From the NCBI GenBank assembly GCA_963666835.2, contig CAXXGO010000001.1, forward strand, positions 1,664,001 through 1,728,000: 64,000 nucleotides of DNA, written 5' to 3'. The stretch comes from Phycisphaerae bacterium (GTDB lineage Bacteria; Planctomycetota; Phycisphaerae; UBA1845). The position numbers were made by a program, and so were the translations under genes. Positions within the stretch are counted from its first letter, which is position 1. Each line of letters starts with the position of its first letter. Below the pieces are notes generated by a model. It was not told the DNA's origin. It saw only the letters and a list, made by a program, of their open reading frames with translations, and made no database searches. Shown in pieces: positions 28,527 to 38,067 of the stretch.

Positions 28527-28868
28527 TTATCGAGGATCCATGTCGCAATCGTTCTTTCCCAGGTCTTCCGTGGCGCCCCCGCATTCGGGACACCGCGGTT
28601 CGAGTAAGCCCGTAAGACAGTAGCCGCATTCCTCGCAGAACCCGGTAGGTCGTTGAAACCACCTACGCCACAGCCGTACGCCCAGGACGATTTCGGCAAG
28701 AAGCACGGCAATGAATGCAACGGAGAAGAGGACGAACCACCGATATGCTTCCGCGTCATCGTACAGCGGATGACTCGTCAGCCATGCAAGGAGCATTACC
28801 TGCGAGAGCATCGCGAACAAGAGTACACTGCCGAAGATGAGCAGCCCCGCAAATGCTAATACTCGCAT
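28527..28868 (-). CDS. Small 2-TM protein with C-terminal zinc ribbon
   Basis: Two hydrophobic helices then CEECGYCLTGLLEPRCPECG. Confidence 0.72.
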   Translation of the reverse strand: MRVLAFAGLLIFGSVLLFAMLSQVMLLAWLTSHPLYDDAEAYRWFVLFSVAFIAVLLAEIVLGVRLWRRWFQRPTGFCEECGYCLTGLLEPRCPECGGATEDLGKNDCDMDPR

Positions 28869-28893
28869 CTTTTCTTCCCCGAACCTACATGGT

Positions 28894-29130
28894 TCAGCCG
28901 ACCAGCACGATTGCCATAAGTGCCAAGGCCGCGGCTGCACAAGCCAAACCCGCGACCCGAGAAGCCTGCGTGTTGCCTGAGCCGGCCCTGATACCCGTAA
29001 TTGCCGCTAACACACCGAATAGACACGCAAAGACCCACGCATCAGAACACAGTATAATGGAAGCGCCTAACTCCATGATTAGGAAGATGACAGCCACTGG
29101 CAATTCCCATCTGTTTTGCGTTTCCGGCAT
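28894..29130 (-). CDS. Small hydrophobic membrane protein
   Basis: 78 aa, three hydrophobic segments, co-oriented 25 bp upstream of the zinc-ribbon gene. Confidence 0.5.
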   Translation of the reverse strand: MPETQNRWELPVAVIFLIMELGASIILCSDAWVFACLFGVLAAITGIRAGSGNTQASRVAGLACAAAALALMAIVLVG

Positions 29131-29410
29131 CTTTCACCGTTTCACGATCTAAGCCCGACGTCATTCCCTTGCCACACAGCGCCTGCGGTATACGCGTTGC
29201 TCAAAGTGACTCGATCCCACCCGAGCATCGTGGCAAAAGCACCCACCATCGCCAGTCGTTCGAGTAGGTCGGGTGGCCCGGGTCTTCTTAAGTATGGCGC
29301 GTGTTTCGATCCACTGACGGTTCTCGGAGTAGAAACCGTCGGCCCCGGGGGAGCCGATGATCCGCGTGAATTTTCGAGAGTGCCGCGTGGGGGGGCATCG
29401 CCCGAGCTAG

Positions 29411-29498
29411 GTAGGGCACGGTCGAGGCACGAGACCTGCCACGAAGGCGTATGTCGCGCACACGTCACGGCAGGTCTCGTGCCTCGAAGCTGCCCTAC
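29411..29498. repeat. Complete 88-bp GTAG-ended inverted-repeat element (REPIN/MITE-like)
   Basis: GTAGGGCACGGTCGAGGCACGAGACCTGCC...GGCAGGTCTCGTGCCTCGAAGCTGCCCTAC. Confidence 0.8.
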
Positions 29499-29599
29499 GA
29501 TCATTGTGACTCCCTTGTCGCGGATTGTACGGGCCAAGCTGTGCCGTAAGAAAGGTCTGATACCTTCTCCGACCATAAGGCCGCTTGTGCCACCGGTGC

Positions 29600-30637
29600 T
29601 TACAGCCCCGGCGAGCTTCGCTCTTCCAGTACCTGCTTCGCCTTCTCGACGATCGCCTGGCGCACTTCCGCAAGAGTACCCGCCAGCCGCGCACCGGACG
29701 CTCGGCGATGACCGCCGCCGCCGAAGTTCTGCGCCAAAGCCGCGACGTTTATGTCCGGAGTGCTCTCGTTGTGCGGGTCCTTGCTGCGGAAGCCGATGCG
29801 GATATACCCGTCGCCTTTATCCACAATTAGAATGGAGACGACCACCGAACCGATCCGCATCGGTTCGTTGACGATGTCCTCGGTATCAGACAGCGTGGCC
29901 CCCGCCTTGGCGAAGGACTCGGTCGGCAGGCTAATAACCGCGATCCGGTCGTCGGCCAACAACTCCAAGTTGTTGAGCGCTGCCCCCAGCAGGCGGATTC
30001 TTCCGGCGGTCTCGGTCAGGAAGAGATCTTGAAACACGTCATGGGCCGGGACGCCGCGCCCGGCCATATCGGCGCTGGCCGCAAACACCCGCGTGTCCGT
30101 GTTCGAGTGGCGGAACCAGCCGGTGTCCATCGCGATCCCCGTGAACAACGCCTCGCTGGTCTCGCGATCCAGCGGCCAGCCCGATGCGGCCGCCCAGTCG
30201 TACAGGATCAGGCAATTCGCCGCCGCGGACTCGTCGATCAAGTAAATGTCCGCAAGGTCATCGCGCGTTACATGATGGTCGATAGCCATCTTCGGCAACG
30301 ACGAATCGCGCAGCCAGTCGGCCATTGGACGAAGCTGCTTATACGTGCATACATCCAGTAGGACGATGGCATCGACGTCGCGCAAGTCGGCATCCGCCCG
30401 CTCTGCGTTCCATTGCAGCAGCGGGCCGAACCGGGTGAAGCTCTCGTAGCGCGCCGGAAGAGGGTCGAGCAGCATGGCCGTCGACTCGATCCCCTGCGCG
30501 CGCAAGAGAAGCCGCATCGCCGCCAGCGAACCGAGGGCGTCGCCGTCGGGAGTAACGTGCGAAACGAGAAGAGGGTGTCGCCGCTGGGAAATCCACCGCG
30601 CAGCTTCGGAGAACGTTTCCGGGGTCGGTCTAATCAC
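29600..30637 (-). CDS. nrnA: DHH/DHHA1 phosphoesterase (NrnA-like oligoribonuclease / pAp phosphatase)
   Basis: SHVTPDGDALGS, LLD, IDHH, MDTGWF, FGGGGH..ASG. Confidence 0.9.
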   Translation of the reverse strand: MIRPTPETFSEAARWISQRRHPLLVSHVTPDGDALGSLAAMRLLLRAQGIESTAMLLDPLPARYESFTRFGPLLQWNAERADADLRDVDAIVLLDVCTYKQLRPMADWLRDSSLPKMAIDHHVTRDDLADIYLIDESAAANCLILYDWAAASGWPLDRETSEALFTGIAMDTGWFRHSNTDTRVFAASADMAGRGVPAHDVFQDLFLTETAGRIRLLGAALNNLELLADDRIAVISLPTESFAKAGATLSDTEDIVNEPMRIGSVVVSILIVDKGDGYIRIGFRSKDPHNESTPDINVAALAQNFGGGGHRRASGARLAGTLAEVRQAIVEKAKQVLEERSSPGL

Positions 30638-31611
30638 GTGGTCGGTTCCTTCCCGTTCGGGGAATCCAAGTTAACACGGTTCGCGCCGCGCCGAACGAGT
30701 TCGACGTCGGCCCGAATCCGGGCGGTCAGAGCCTCGGCGGAATCGAAGGTCTGCTGAGGACGCAACGGCCGATCGAACTCCAGCCGCATCGACTGCCCGT
30801 AGAGGTCTCCGTCGAAGTCCAGCAAGTGCGCCTCGACGCACCGCCGGGCTCCGGCGAAAGTCGGGGCGGAACCGATGCTGATGGCGCTCATGAGACGGCT
30901 CTCGCCGACTTTGGCGCATCCGGCGTACACTCCGTCGGCCGGAAGGAGCTGCTCCGGGGAATAGAGGTTTGCAGTCGGGTAGCCAATAGTCCGCCCGCGA
31001 CCCTCCCCCTCGACTACCTCGCCGATCAGGGCGTACGGCCGTCCCAGGCACAGCGCGGCGCGGTGTACTTTGCCTTCGATGATCAGTTGTCGGATCAGCG
31101 AGCTCGACACCAGGAGCGTCTCGCCGGAGTCGATTTGGAGCGTCACCGGGTCCACGATTCGCACCTCGCAGTCGAACCGGGAGGCAATCTGCCTGAGCAT
31201 CTCGGGAGTTCCCCGCCGACCGTGACCGAACCCGAAAGAGGGCCCCTCGACCACGTGGGTCGGGTTGAACCGCTTGCAGATGACGTCCTCGACGAAGGCC
31301 TCCGGTTCCAGATCCAGCAGCGCCGGCTCGCTCTTGGCGACCACCGCCACGTCGGCCCCCGCCTCGGCCAGGCACCGGAGCTTCTCCTCAACAGGCTGAA
31401 GGCGGGCGGGGGCCTTGTCGGGAGCGACAACGCTCATCGGGTGGGGCTCGAACGTCAGGGCGACCACCGGGCCTGAGGTGTTGGCGGCGAACAGGCCCGC
31501 CTGGGCCAGAAGTTGCTGGTGCGCACGATGTACGCCGTCGAAGTTCCCGATCGTCAGAACCGATCGGGTCAGCGGTGGTTCGACTGTCTCCAGTCCGGTA
31601 AAAACCTTCAC
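30634..31611 (-). CDS. ribF: Bifunctional riboflavin kinase / FAD synthetase
   Basis: TIGNFDGVH..HQ, TFEPHP, SSSLIR, GRTIGYPTAN, GVYA, VEAHLLDF.GDLYG. Confidence 0.95.
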   Translation of the reverse strand: MKVFTGLETVEPPLTRSVLTIGNFDGVHRAHQQLLAQAGLFAANTSGPVVALTFEPHPMSVVAPDKAPARLQPVEEKLRCLAEAGADVAVVAKSEPALLDLEPEAFVEDVICKRFNPTHVVEGPSFGFGHGRRGTPEMLRQIASRFDCEVRIVDPVTLQIDSGETLLVSSSLIRQLIIEGKVHRAALCLGRPYALIGEVVEGEGRGRTIGYPTANLYSPEQLLPADGVYAGCAKVGESRLMSAISIGSAPTFAGARRCVEAHLLDFDGDLYGQSMRLEFDRPLRPQQTFDSAEALTARIRADVELVRRGANRVNLDSPNGKEPTT

Positions 31612-31900
31612 GATTACCTATCGCCTGCCCGTAATCCCCCTGGAGAGTACGTTTGTACGATGCAGGATAATGTTCCCATTGGAGATGGGCAATCAACGGC
31701 GTCACCGCGTGTGACGACACCGCGAGGCCGATTTGGTCGGTCACGCGGTTGGCGATAGGCAAGACGATAGGCCTATCGGCCCGGCCCCCGGTTCTCCCCA
31801 AGGTGCGCTTGCGAGTGTGGGTCATTCCCGGTACATAAGGACCAGTGTCGAAGGATGTTAGCTGCGGTCTATCAGTCGAGCGAAATCGAGGCGATTCTCG

Positions 31901-32464
31901 GTGAGTGATACGCCCGAACCAGGTCAATCCGAAGAGCTGAACGACGCGCCGGATACGCAGGTGGATGTGCCCGCCGGCGACTTCGCTCCGGATTTGCCGA
32001 ACGAATTCACCCCGGATGCGCCGGCAGATGAGCTGCCACTGGGGGACTTCGCGGAATCGGAGACTCAGGCTGAGCCGGGCGGAGGGACGCAGCCCGTTCG
32101 CACCATCAACGGCGATGAGATGGGCGATGCGGCGTCCATCCCCGATTTCCCGGGCGTCGGCGGTGATGCGGCCGCGTCGGGTCAGGATGCTGATTGGGAC
32201 AGCCAACTCTCCGCCCATCGAGTGGTGGTTGAACTGAAACGAGTGGAAGCGGAGGTTCGGGAGCTGCTTTTCGAACGGGATCCGAAACGGAAGCGAAAGC
32301 TCAGTGGATCGCGCCGCTGGCGAGAGCTCGAGGAGGATCTGCTCGCGTGGAAGTTCTCCGGGCGGATCGAGGAGGACACTCTGCGCCGGCTGCATCGGCT
32401 GATCTACCGGCGCGACCATCTCTTCAGACGCCTGCGGTTTTTGGCCGGATCGCGACTGAGTTGA
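31901..32464 (+). CDS. Hypothetical protein (acidic disordered N-terminus, basic helical C-terminus)
   Basis: Fills the gap between ribF and the acyl-CoA operon; protein-like composition; no family recognised. Confidence 0.55.
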   Translation: MSDTPEPGQSEELNDAPDTQVDVPAGDFAPDLPNEFTPDAPADELPLGDFAESETQAEPGGGTQPVRTINGDEMGDAASIPDFPGVGGDAAASGQDADWDSQLSAHRVVVELKRVEAEVRELLFERDPKRKRKLSGSRRWRELEEDLLAWKFSGRIEEDTLRRLHRLIYRRDHLFRRLRFLAGSRLS

Positions 32465-32543
32465 GTCCCAGAGTCGCCATCGGTTCGAGTGAGAGCGCAG
32501 CGAAGCAGATGCGCGGCTCCAGCACACCGAGCGACGCTCCACG

Positions 32544-32573
32544 TTGACGAGCCCTCGCCCGGGCCACTATACT
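32544..32573 (+). promoter_or_regulatory. Sigma-70-like promoter upstream of the acyl-CoA gene cluster
   Basis: TTGACG-18 bp-TATACT, ~150 bp before ATG 32722. Confidence 0.5.
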
Positions 32574-32721
32574 CGCACCCGCAGGTGCGGTCGTTCTCAA
32601 TCCCGCGAGCAGGACACGAACAAGGAGCACCTTCGTATCCTTCGCCGGGATCGACGCTTGCCGCGCGCCCCCGAGCGGGGCATTAGTGGTGTGGATGTTT
32701 GAAATTGGAGTATGAGCGGAT

Positions 32722-33876
32722 ATGCCGTTAGAGTCACCTACAGCTAACCTCTCAGACGACGAGTCGATGCTCATCGAGGCCGCTCGGGATTTCGCCGAGA
32801 ACGAGCTGCTGCCCCTTGACCGAAAATGGGACAAGGACGAGTCCAACGTGTCGGAAGTCATGCCGCAGCTTGCCGAAATGGGCTTCCTCAACTTGTGTGT
32901 TCCGGAAGGCCTGGGTGGTGTGGGCTGCTCGTACCGCACATACGCTGCGATTGTGCATGGTATCGCCATGTCGTCGCCTTCGGCCGCGGTCACGATCTCG
33001 GTCCACACGCTGACCGGGAATATCATAGAGAAGAACGCCGCCGAACCGCTCCGCACGGAGCTGCTGTCGAACTGGGGAGATCCGGCCCACGTCGGCGCGT
33101 TCGCACTGTCTGAAGCGGATGCGGGCAGCGACGCCGCCGCTGCCAAGACGACGGCCGTCAAGGTGGACGGGGGATACCGAATCAACGGCGAGAAGATGTG
33201 GATCACCAACGGGCTGCAGGCTCGGTGGCTCCTTACACTGGTTCGTACCCCGGGAACGAAGAGACGTGATGGCCTCTTCGCTGTTCTGATTGATGGAAAC
33301 GATCCCGGCGTGGAACGCGACAAGATCCACGGGAAGATGGGGATTCGTGGCAGCGACACCGCGGTTCTGCACTTCTCTGACGTTTTCGTGCCGGATGCCC
33401 ACGTGGTTGGCGAGGTCAACCGGGGCTTGCAGGTGATGCTATCCGGCCTCAACGGCGGGAGGATTGGGATTGCAGCTCAGTCCAGCGGGATCGCGGAAGC
33501 TTGCCTCAACGAGATGATTGCGTACGCCAAGGAGCGCGAACAGTTCGGCAAGCCCTTAGGTCGCCTTCAGGCCGTGGGGAATATGATCGCGGACAGCGCC
33601 GTCGAGCTGGAGGCGGCCAAGGCTCTGGTGTGGCAGGCGGCGGAAAAGGTCGACGCCGGTCGTCCGGATCCGGCGGCAAGCTCGATGGCGAAGCTATATG
33701 CGTCGGAGTGTGCGAATCGGATCGCGTACCGGGCGGTGCAGGTTCATGGCGGCACGGGCTACGTCAACGAATGCCGGGCGGAGCAGTTGTACCGCGACGT
33801 ACGGGTGACCACGATTTACGAAGGAGCGAGTGAGGTCCAGAGAATCGTGATTGCCCGTGATCTTCTGAACCGGTAG
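32722..33876 (+). CDS. Acyl-CoA dehydrogenase
   Basis: FALSEADAGSDA, NGEKMWITNG, KMGIRGS.T, GRIGIAAQ, REQFGK, TIYEGASEVQR. Confidence 0.95.
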   Translation: MPLESPTANLSDDESMLIEAARDFAENELLPLDRKWDKDESNVSEVMPQLAEMGFLNLCVPEGLGGVGCSYRTYAAIVHGIAMSSPSAAVTISVHTLTGNIIEKNAAEPLRTELLSNWGDPAHVGAFALSEADAGSDAAAAKTTAVKVDGGYRINGEKMWITNGLQARWLLTLVRTPGTKRRDGLFAVLIDGNDPGVERDKIHGKMGIRGSDTAVLHFSDVFVPDAHVVGEVNRGLQVMLSGLNGGRIGIAAQSSGIAEACLNEMIAYAKEREQFGKPLGRLQAVGNMIADSAVELEAAKALVWQAAEKVDAGRPDPAASSMAKLYASECANRIAYRAVQVHGGTGYVNECRAEQLYRDVRVTTIYEGASEVQRIVIARDLLNR

Positions 33877-34078
33877 GGCCATGCGTGGTGAACAGGTCGT
33901 TCCGTGATGTGGTTTGACAGCCTCCGGTGGCCATCGAGGCCGGCCGGCTGATTCTGGCGTTTCTTTCGTAATGGTAGGGGCCTGGGTATTATGCCCGGGT
34001 TCGAGTGGTTCTTCGGGCGTCTTGTCCCGGCGCACGTTACTGGACAGACGACAATTGCGACACCGGATTGGGTAGCTT

Positions 34079-35221
34079 ATGGATTTGGAACTTTCTGACG
34101 ATCTGGTCGCCCTGCAGGACGTGGCCCGGCGGTTTGCCGCCGACCACATCGCCCCCAATGCCAGGCAATGGGATCGCGAGGCAGATATCCCGCGGGATAT
34201 CATCGCCAAGCTGGGCGAATTGGGCTTCATGGGCATTTTCATTCCCCCGGAGTACGGCGGCTGCGGGTTCGGTGACCTCGAAGTCACGGTCATCATGGAG
34301 GAGATCGCTCGGCATTGCGGGGCTACCGCGTTAACGCTCGATGCGCACAACGCGCTGTGTTGCGCCCATCTCCTGCACGCCGCGAGTGATGAGCAGAAGA
34401 AGAAGTACCTTCCCAAGCTGGCTACGGGGGAGCACATCGGCGCTTGGGCTCTGTCGGAGCCCGGCAGCGGAAGCGACGCCGCGGCGTTGACCACGGAGGC
34501 TCGTCTCGACGGGGACTCGTGGGTGCTGAACGGGGCCAAGCAGTGGATTACCAATGGGTACCACGCCAACGTGTTCGTGGTGATGGCGAAGACCACGCCG
34601 GAGGGCGGGGCGAAGGGGATAAGTGGTTTCATTGTGGAGCGCGGCACCCCCGGTCTGACCATTGGCGCCAAAGAGGACAAGATGGGCATGCGCGGCTCGG
34701 ACACCGTCGAGCTGACTTTCGAGAACATGCGCATACCGAAGGAGAACCTCTGCGGTGAGCTGAACATGGGCTTCAAGCACGCAATGAGGGTGCTCGAACG
34801 CGGTCGGATCACGATTGGTGCCATGGCGGTTGGGCTTGCCCGTGGAGCGCTGGAGGAGTCTCTGGCCTATGCCCAGCAGCGCATGGCGTTTGGCAAGCCG
34901 ATCTTCGAACATCAGTCGATCCAATTCAAACTGGCCGACATGGCGACCAACATCGAAGCTGCTCGCCTGATGATCCGCAAAGCGGCGGTCCTTTCCGATG
35001 CCGGTCAACCGTGCAACTTCGAAGCGGCCGCGGCGAAGCTGTTTGCAACGGAGATGGCGACCCGCGCGGGGTTGGAGGCGATTCAGATTCATGGTGGTAA
35101 CGGCTACACGAAGGAGGTTCCGGTGGAACGGTACCTTCGGGATGCCAAGCTCTGTGAGATCGGTGAGGGATCCAGCGAGATCCAGCGCATTGTTATTTCC
35201 CGCCACTTACTCGAGCGATAA
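34079..35221 (+). CDS. Acyl-CoA dehydrogenase (possibly branched-chain)
   Basis: [41 protein letters not shown] (Gly before the catalytic Glu). Confidence 0.95.
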   Translation: MDLELSDDLVALQDVARRFAADHIAPNARQWDREADIPRDIIAKLGELGFMGIFIPPEYGGCGFGDLEVTVIMEEIARHCGATALTLDAHNALCCAHLLHAASDEQKKKYLPKLATGEHIGAWALSEPGSGSDAAALTTEARLDGDSWVLNGAKQWITNGYHANVFVVMAKTTPEGGAKGISGFIVERGTPGLTIGAKEDKMGMRGSDTVELTFENMRIPKENLCGELNMGFKHAMRVLERGRITIGAMAVGLARGALEESLAYAQQRMAFGKPIFEHQSIQFKLADMATNIEAARLMIRKAAVLSDAGQPCNFEAAAAKLFATEMATRAGLEAIQIHGGNGYTKEVPVERYLRDAKLCEIGEGSSEIQRIVISRHLLER

Positions 35222-35232
35222 GGGAGGCTGCT

Positions 35233-36369
35233 ATGGATTTCGAGTTTGACGACGATCACAAGATGCTACAGCAGCAGCTCCGCGACTTCGCCGAGAAAGA
35301 GGTCGCTCCCGGAGCTGCCCAACGCGATGAAGAAGCGGAGATGCCGGAGGAGTTGGTGCGGCAGCTTGCCGAGATGGGGTTGTTCGGCATCGCCATTCCG
35401 ACCGAATACGACGGGGCCGGAATGGGCACGGTGGCGTCCTCCATCGTGGTCGAGGAAATATCGCGCGCCTGCGCCGGCACCGGGGTGCTGCTCAGTGCGC
35501 ACAATTCGCTCTGCGTTGATCCGATCCTGACGTTCGGTTCGCCGGAACAGAAGCAGAAATACCTGCCGAAGATGGCGGCCGGCGAGATGATCGGCTGCTT
35601 ATCCCTGACGGAAGCGGGCAGCGGCAGCGATGCCGGGGCGGCTACGTGTGCGGCCGAATTGAAAGACGATGGATGGCACGTCAACGGCAGCAAGATCTTC
35701 GTGACCAACGGTAAGCAGGCCGGAGTCATGGTCTTGATCGCCGTGACCGATCCCGACAATCCGAAACGGAGATTGAGCGCCTTCATCGTCGAGACGGACG
35801 CGCCCGGGCTGCAGCGAGGCAAACTGGAACATAAACTGGGCATCCGCTGTTCTTCCACGGCGGAGTTCATCTTCGAAGACTGCGTGCTGCCCAAGGACGC
35901 CCTGTTGGGCGAGCAGGGCCGAGGCTTGAAGGTGGCTCTGACCACTCTGAACGGAGGACGGATCGGGATTGCGTCGCAGGCGCTGGGGATCGGGGAGGCT
36001 TGCCTCCACGAGGCGACCGAATACGCCAAGACCAGGGTGCAGTTCAACCGCCCCATTGCCAAGTTCCAGGCGATTCAAAACAAGCTGGCGGATACGGCGG
36101 TGGGAGTCGAAGCGGCGCGGGTGCTGGTCTACAAGGCCGCGTTGTACAAGGATACCGGGCGGGACTACGTCCAGGCGGGGGCCATGGCGAAATTGTTCGC
36201 CAGTGAAATGTGCTCTCGGGCGGCTAATCACGCGGTGCAGGTGTTCGGCGGATATGGGTACTGCAAGGATTATCCGGTTGAGCGGCTCTTACGTGACGCG
36301 AAGATCACGGAGCTGTACGAAGGCACCAGCGAGATTCATCGTCTGGTGATTGCTCGCACTCTGCTGTAG
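35233..36369 (+). CDS. Acyl-CoA (butyryl-CoA-like) dehydrogenase
   Basis: LSLTEAGSGSDA, NGSKIFVTNG, KLGIRCSST, ELYEGTSEI. Confidence 0.95.
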   Translation: MDFEFDDDHKMLQQQLRDFAEKEVAPGAAQRDEEAEMPEELVRQLAEMGLFGIAIPTEYDGAGMGTVASSIVVEEISRACAGTGVLLSAHNSLCVDPILTFGSPEQKQKYLPKMAAGEMIGCLSLTEAGSGSDAGAATCAAELKDDGWHVNGSKIFVTNGKQAGVMVLIAVTDPDNPKRRLSAFIVETDAPGLQRGKLEHKLGIRCSSTAEFIFEDCVLPKDALLGEQGRGLKVALTTLNGGRIGIASQALGIGEACLHEATEYAKTRVQFNRPIAKFQAIQNKLADTAVGVEAARVLVYKAALYKDTGRDYVQAGAMAKLFASEMCSRAANHAVQVFGGYGYCKDYPVERLLRDAKITELYEGTSEIHRLVIARTLL

Positions 36370-36451
36370 CCGCGGCTGACGTACTAAGTATGGGATAACG
36401 AAGGATTCGCCCGGTGTTTGACGGGCGTGGAACAGGTTTGGAGTCAGGACT

Positions 36452-37315
36452 ATGACGTGCTGTAGCCAGGATAAGTGCATCGGGGTTATCGGTGCGGGGA
36501 CCATGGGACGCGGTATTACTCAGGTCTTTGCGCAGGCCGGATACAACGCCTACATGTTCGACACGGTTGGCGCGGCGCTGGAATCTGCGACGGCTACCAT
36601 CGACAAGCTGCTCGACAAGGCGGTGGCCAAGGGCAAGATGGCCGAGGATGATGCCAAGGCCGCCAAGGGACGCGTGCATCCGGTCACCGACATTACCGAG
36701 TTGGGGACGCATCCGCTGGTGGTCGAAGCGGCCACCGAGCGGCTCGAGATCAAGATCAAGATCCTCCAGGAAGCCCAGAAGCACGTGGAGCCGGGCGGGA
36801 TCCTGGCCAGCAACACCAGCAGCATCAGTATCACGCAACTGGCCGCGGCGACGGACCACCCGGAGAACTTCGTCGGCATGCACTTCTTCAACCCGGTTCC
36901 GGTTATGAAACTGGTGGAGGTCGTGCGCGGGTTGCAGACCAGTGACGAAGTTGTGCAGCGGACCGTCGAACTGGCGAAGGTCGTGGGTAAGGTCCCGGTG
37001 GAGTGCAACGATCATCCTGGGTTTGTCTCGAATCGGGTGCTCATGCCGATGATCAACGAGGCCGTCTTCACGTTGCAGGACGGCGTGGCTAAGCCCGAAG
37101 CGATCGACGACATCATGAAGCTCGGGATGAACCACCCGATGGGCCCGCTAGCCTTGGCGGACCTGATTGGGCTGGACGTCTGTCTGGATATTCTGGAAGT
37201 GCTTTTCCGCGATTTGGGTGAGGACCGGTATCGGCCTTGTCCGCTGTTGCGCAAGATGGTCTTGGCCGGGCGGCTCGGCCGGAAATCGAAACGAGGGTTC
37301 TACTCCTATGAGTAA
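36452..37315 (+). CDS. hbd: 3-hydroxybutyryl-CoA dehydrogenase
   Basis: GVIGAGTMG.GI, VEAATE, ASNTSSISIT, GMHFFNPVPVM.LVE, PGFVSNR, HPMGPL.LAD.IGLD. Confidence 0.93.
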   Translation: MTCCSQDKCIGVIGAGTMGRGITQVFAQAGYNAYMFDTVGAALESATATIDKLLDKAVAKGKMAEDDAKAAKGRVHPVTDITELGTHPLVVEAATERLEIKIKILQEAQKHVEPGGILASNTSSISITQLAAATDHPENFVGMHFFNPVPVMKLVEVVRGLQTSDEVVQRTVELAKVVGKVPVECNDHPGFVSNRVLMPMINEAVFTLQDGVAKPEAIDDIMKLGMNHPMGPLALADLIGLDVCLDILEVLFRDLGEDRYRPCPLLRKMVLAGRLGRKSKRGFYSYE

Positions 37316-38060
37316 GACACAGGTACGGCTCGGTATTGAAGGGGCGTTAGCCACGATCACGTTTGTCACCGAGGGGGGGCTCAATGTCGGCTCTTCCGAC
37401 ATGATGCGCAGCCTGCGGGATGCAGTGTCGAAGGTGGCGCGGGAGCCCAAGGTGCGTTGCACCGTGGTGACGGGCGACGGTAAGGTCTTTCTGGCCGGGG
37501 CGGACATCAAGGAGATGTCGGATTTTACTCCGGACAAAGCCCGAGAATACGGCTCCCTGGGGCAGAGTGTTTTGAATGCTCTGGAAGCTCTCCCGTCAAT
37601 AACCGTGGCCGCGATGAACGGGGCGGCGCTCGGCGGTGGGCTGGAACTGGCTTTGGCCTGCGATTTCCGCATCGCCGTTAAGTCCGCCAAGATTGGGCTG
37701 CCCGAAACTTCGTTAGGCTTGGTTCCCGGCTGGGGTGGGATCATCCGGGCCACAAAGCTGGTCGGTCCGTCCCGGGCGAAGCGGCTGTACCTCAGTGCCC
37801 TGCCGGTGACGGCGGAGGAGGGGTTGGGCTTTGGCCTGGTTGACGAAGTAGTGAACTCGGCGGACGACCTGGGCGCGCGGGTGACGGCGTTCTGCAAGTC
37901 GTTCCGCCGGGCGGCACCGGCGGCGGTCGGCCTGGCTAAGCGGGCTTCTCGGGATAATGATGACCTGTCGGCGTTTGCCGATTGCTTCAACACGGACGAT
38001 GCCCGCGAGGGAATCGCGGCGTTTGTCGGCAAGCGACCGGCTAGCTGGATGGAGGAGTAG
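37308..38060 (+). CDS. crt: Enoyl-CoA hydratase (crotonase)
   Basis: [43 protein letters not shown] (both catalytic Glu present). Confidence 0.88.
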   Translation: MSKTQVRLGIEGALATITFVTEGGLNVGSSDMMRSLRDAVSKVAREPKVRCTVVTGDGKVFLAGADIKEMSDFTPDKAREYGSLGQSVLNALEALPSITVAAMNGAALGGGLELALACDFRIAVKSAKIGLPETSLGLVPGWGGIIRATKLVGPSRAKRLYLSALPVTAEEGLGFGLVDEVVNSADDLGARVTAFCKSFRRAAPAAVGLAKRASRDNDDLSAFADCFNTDDAREGIAAFVGKRPASWMEE

Positions 38061-38067
38061 GCGGCTG

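Noticed and set aside
32465..32721. Cobalamin riboswitch upstream of the B12 mutase operon (also checked 33877-34078)
   Set aside because: No B12-box or other conserved cobalamin riboswitch elements recognised by eye.
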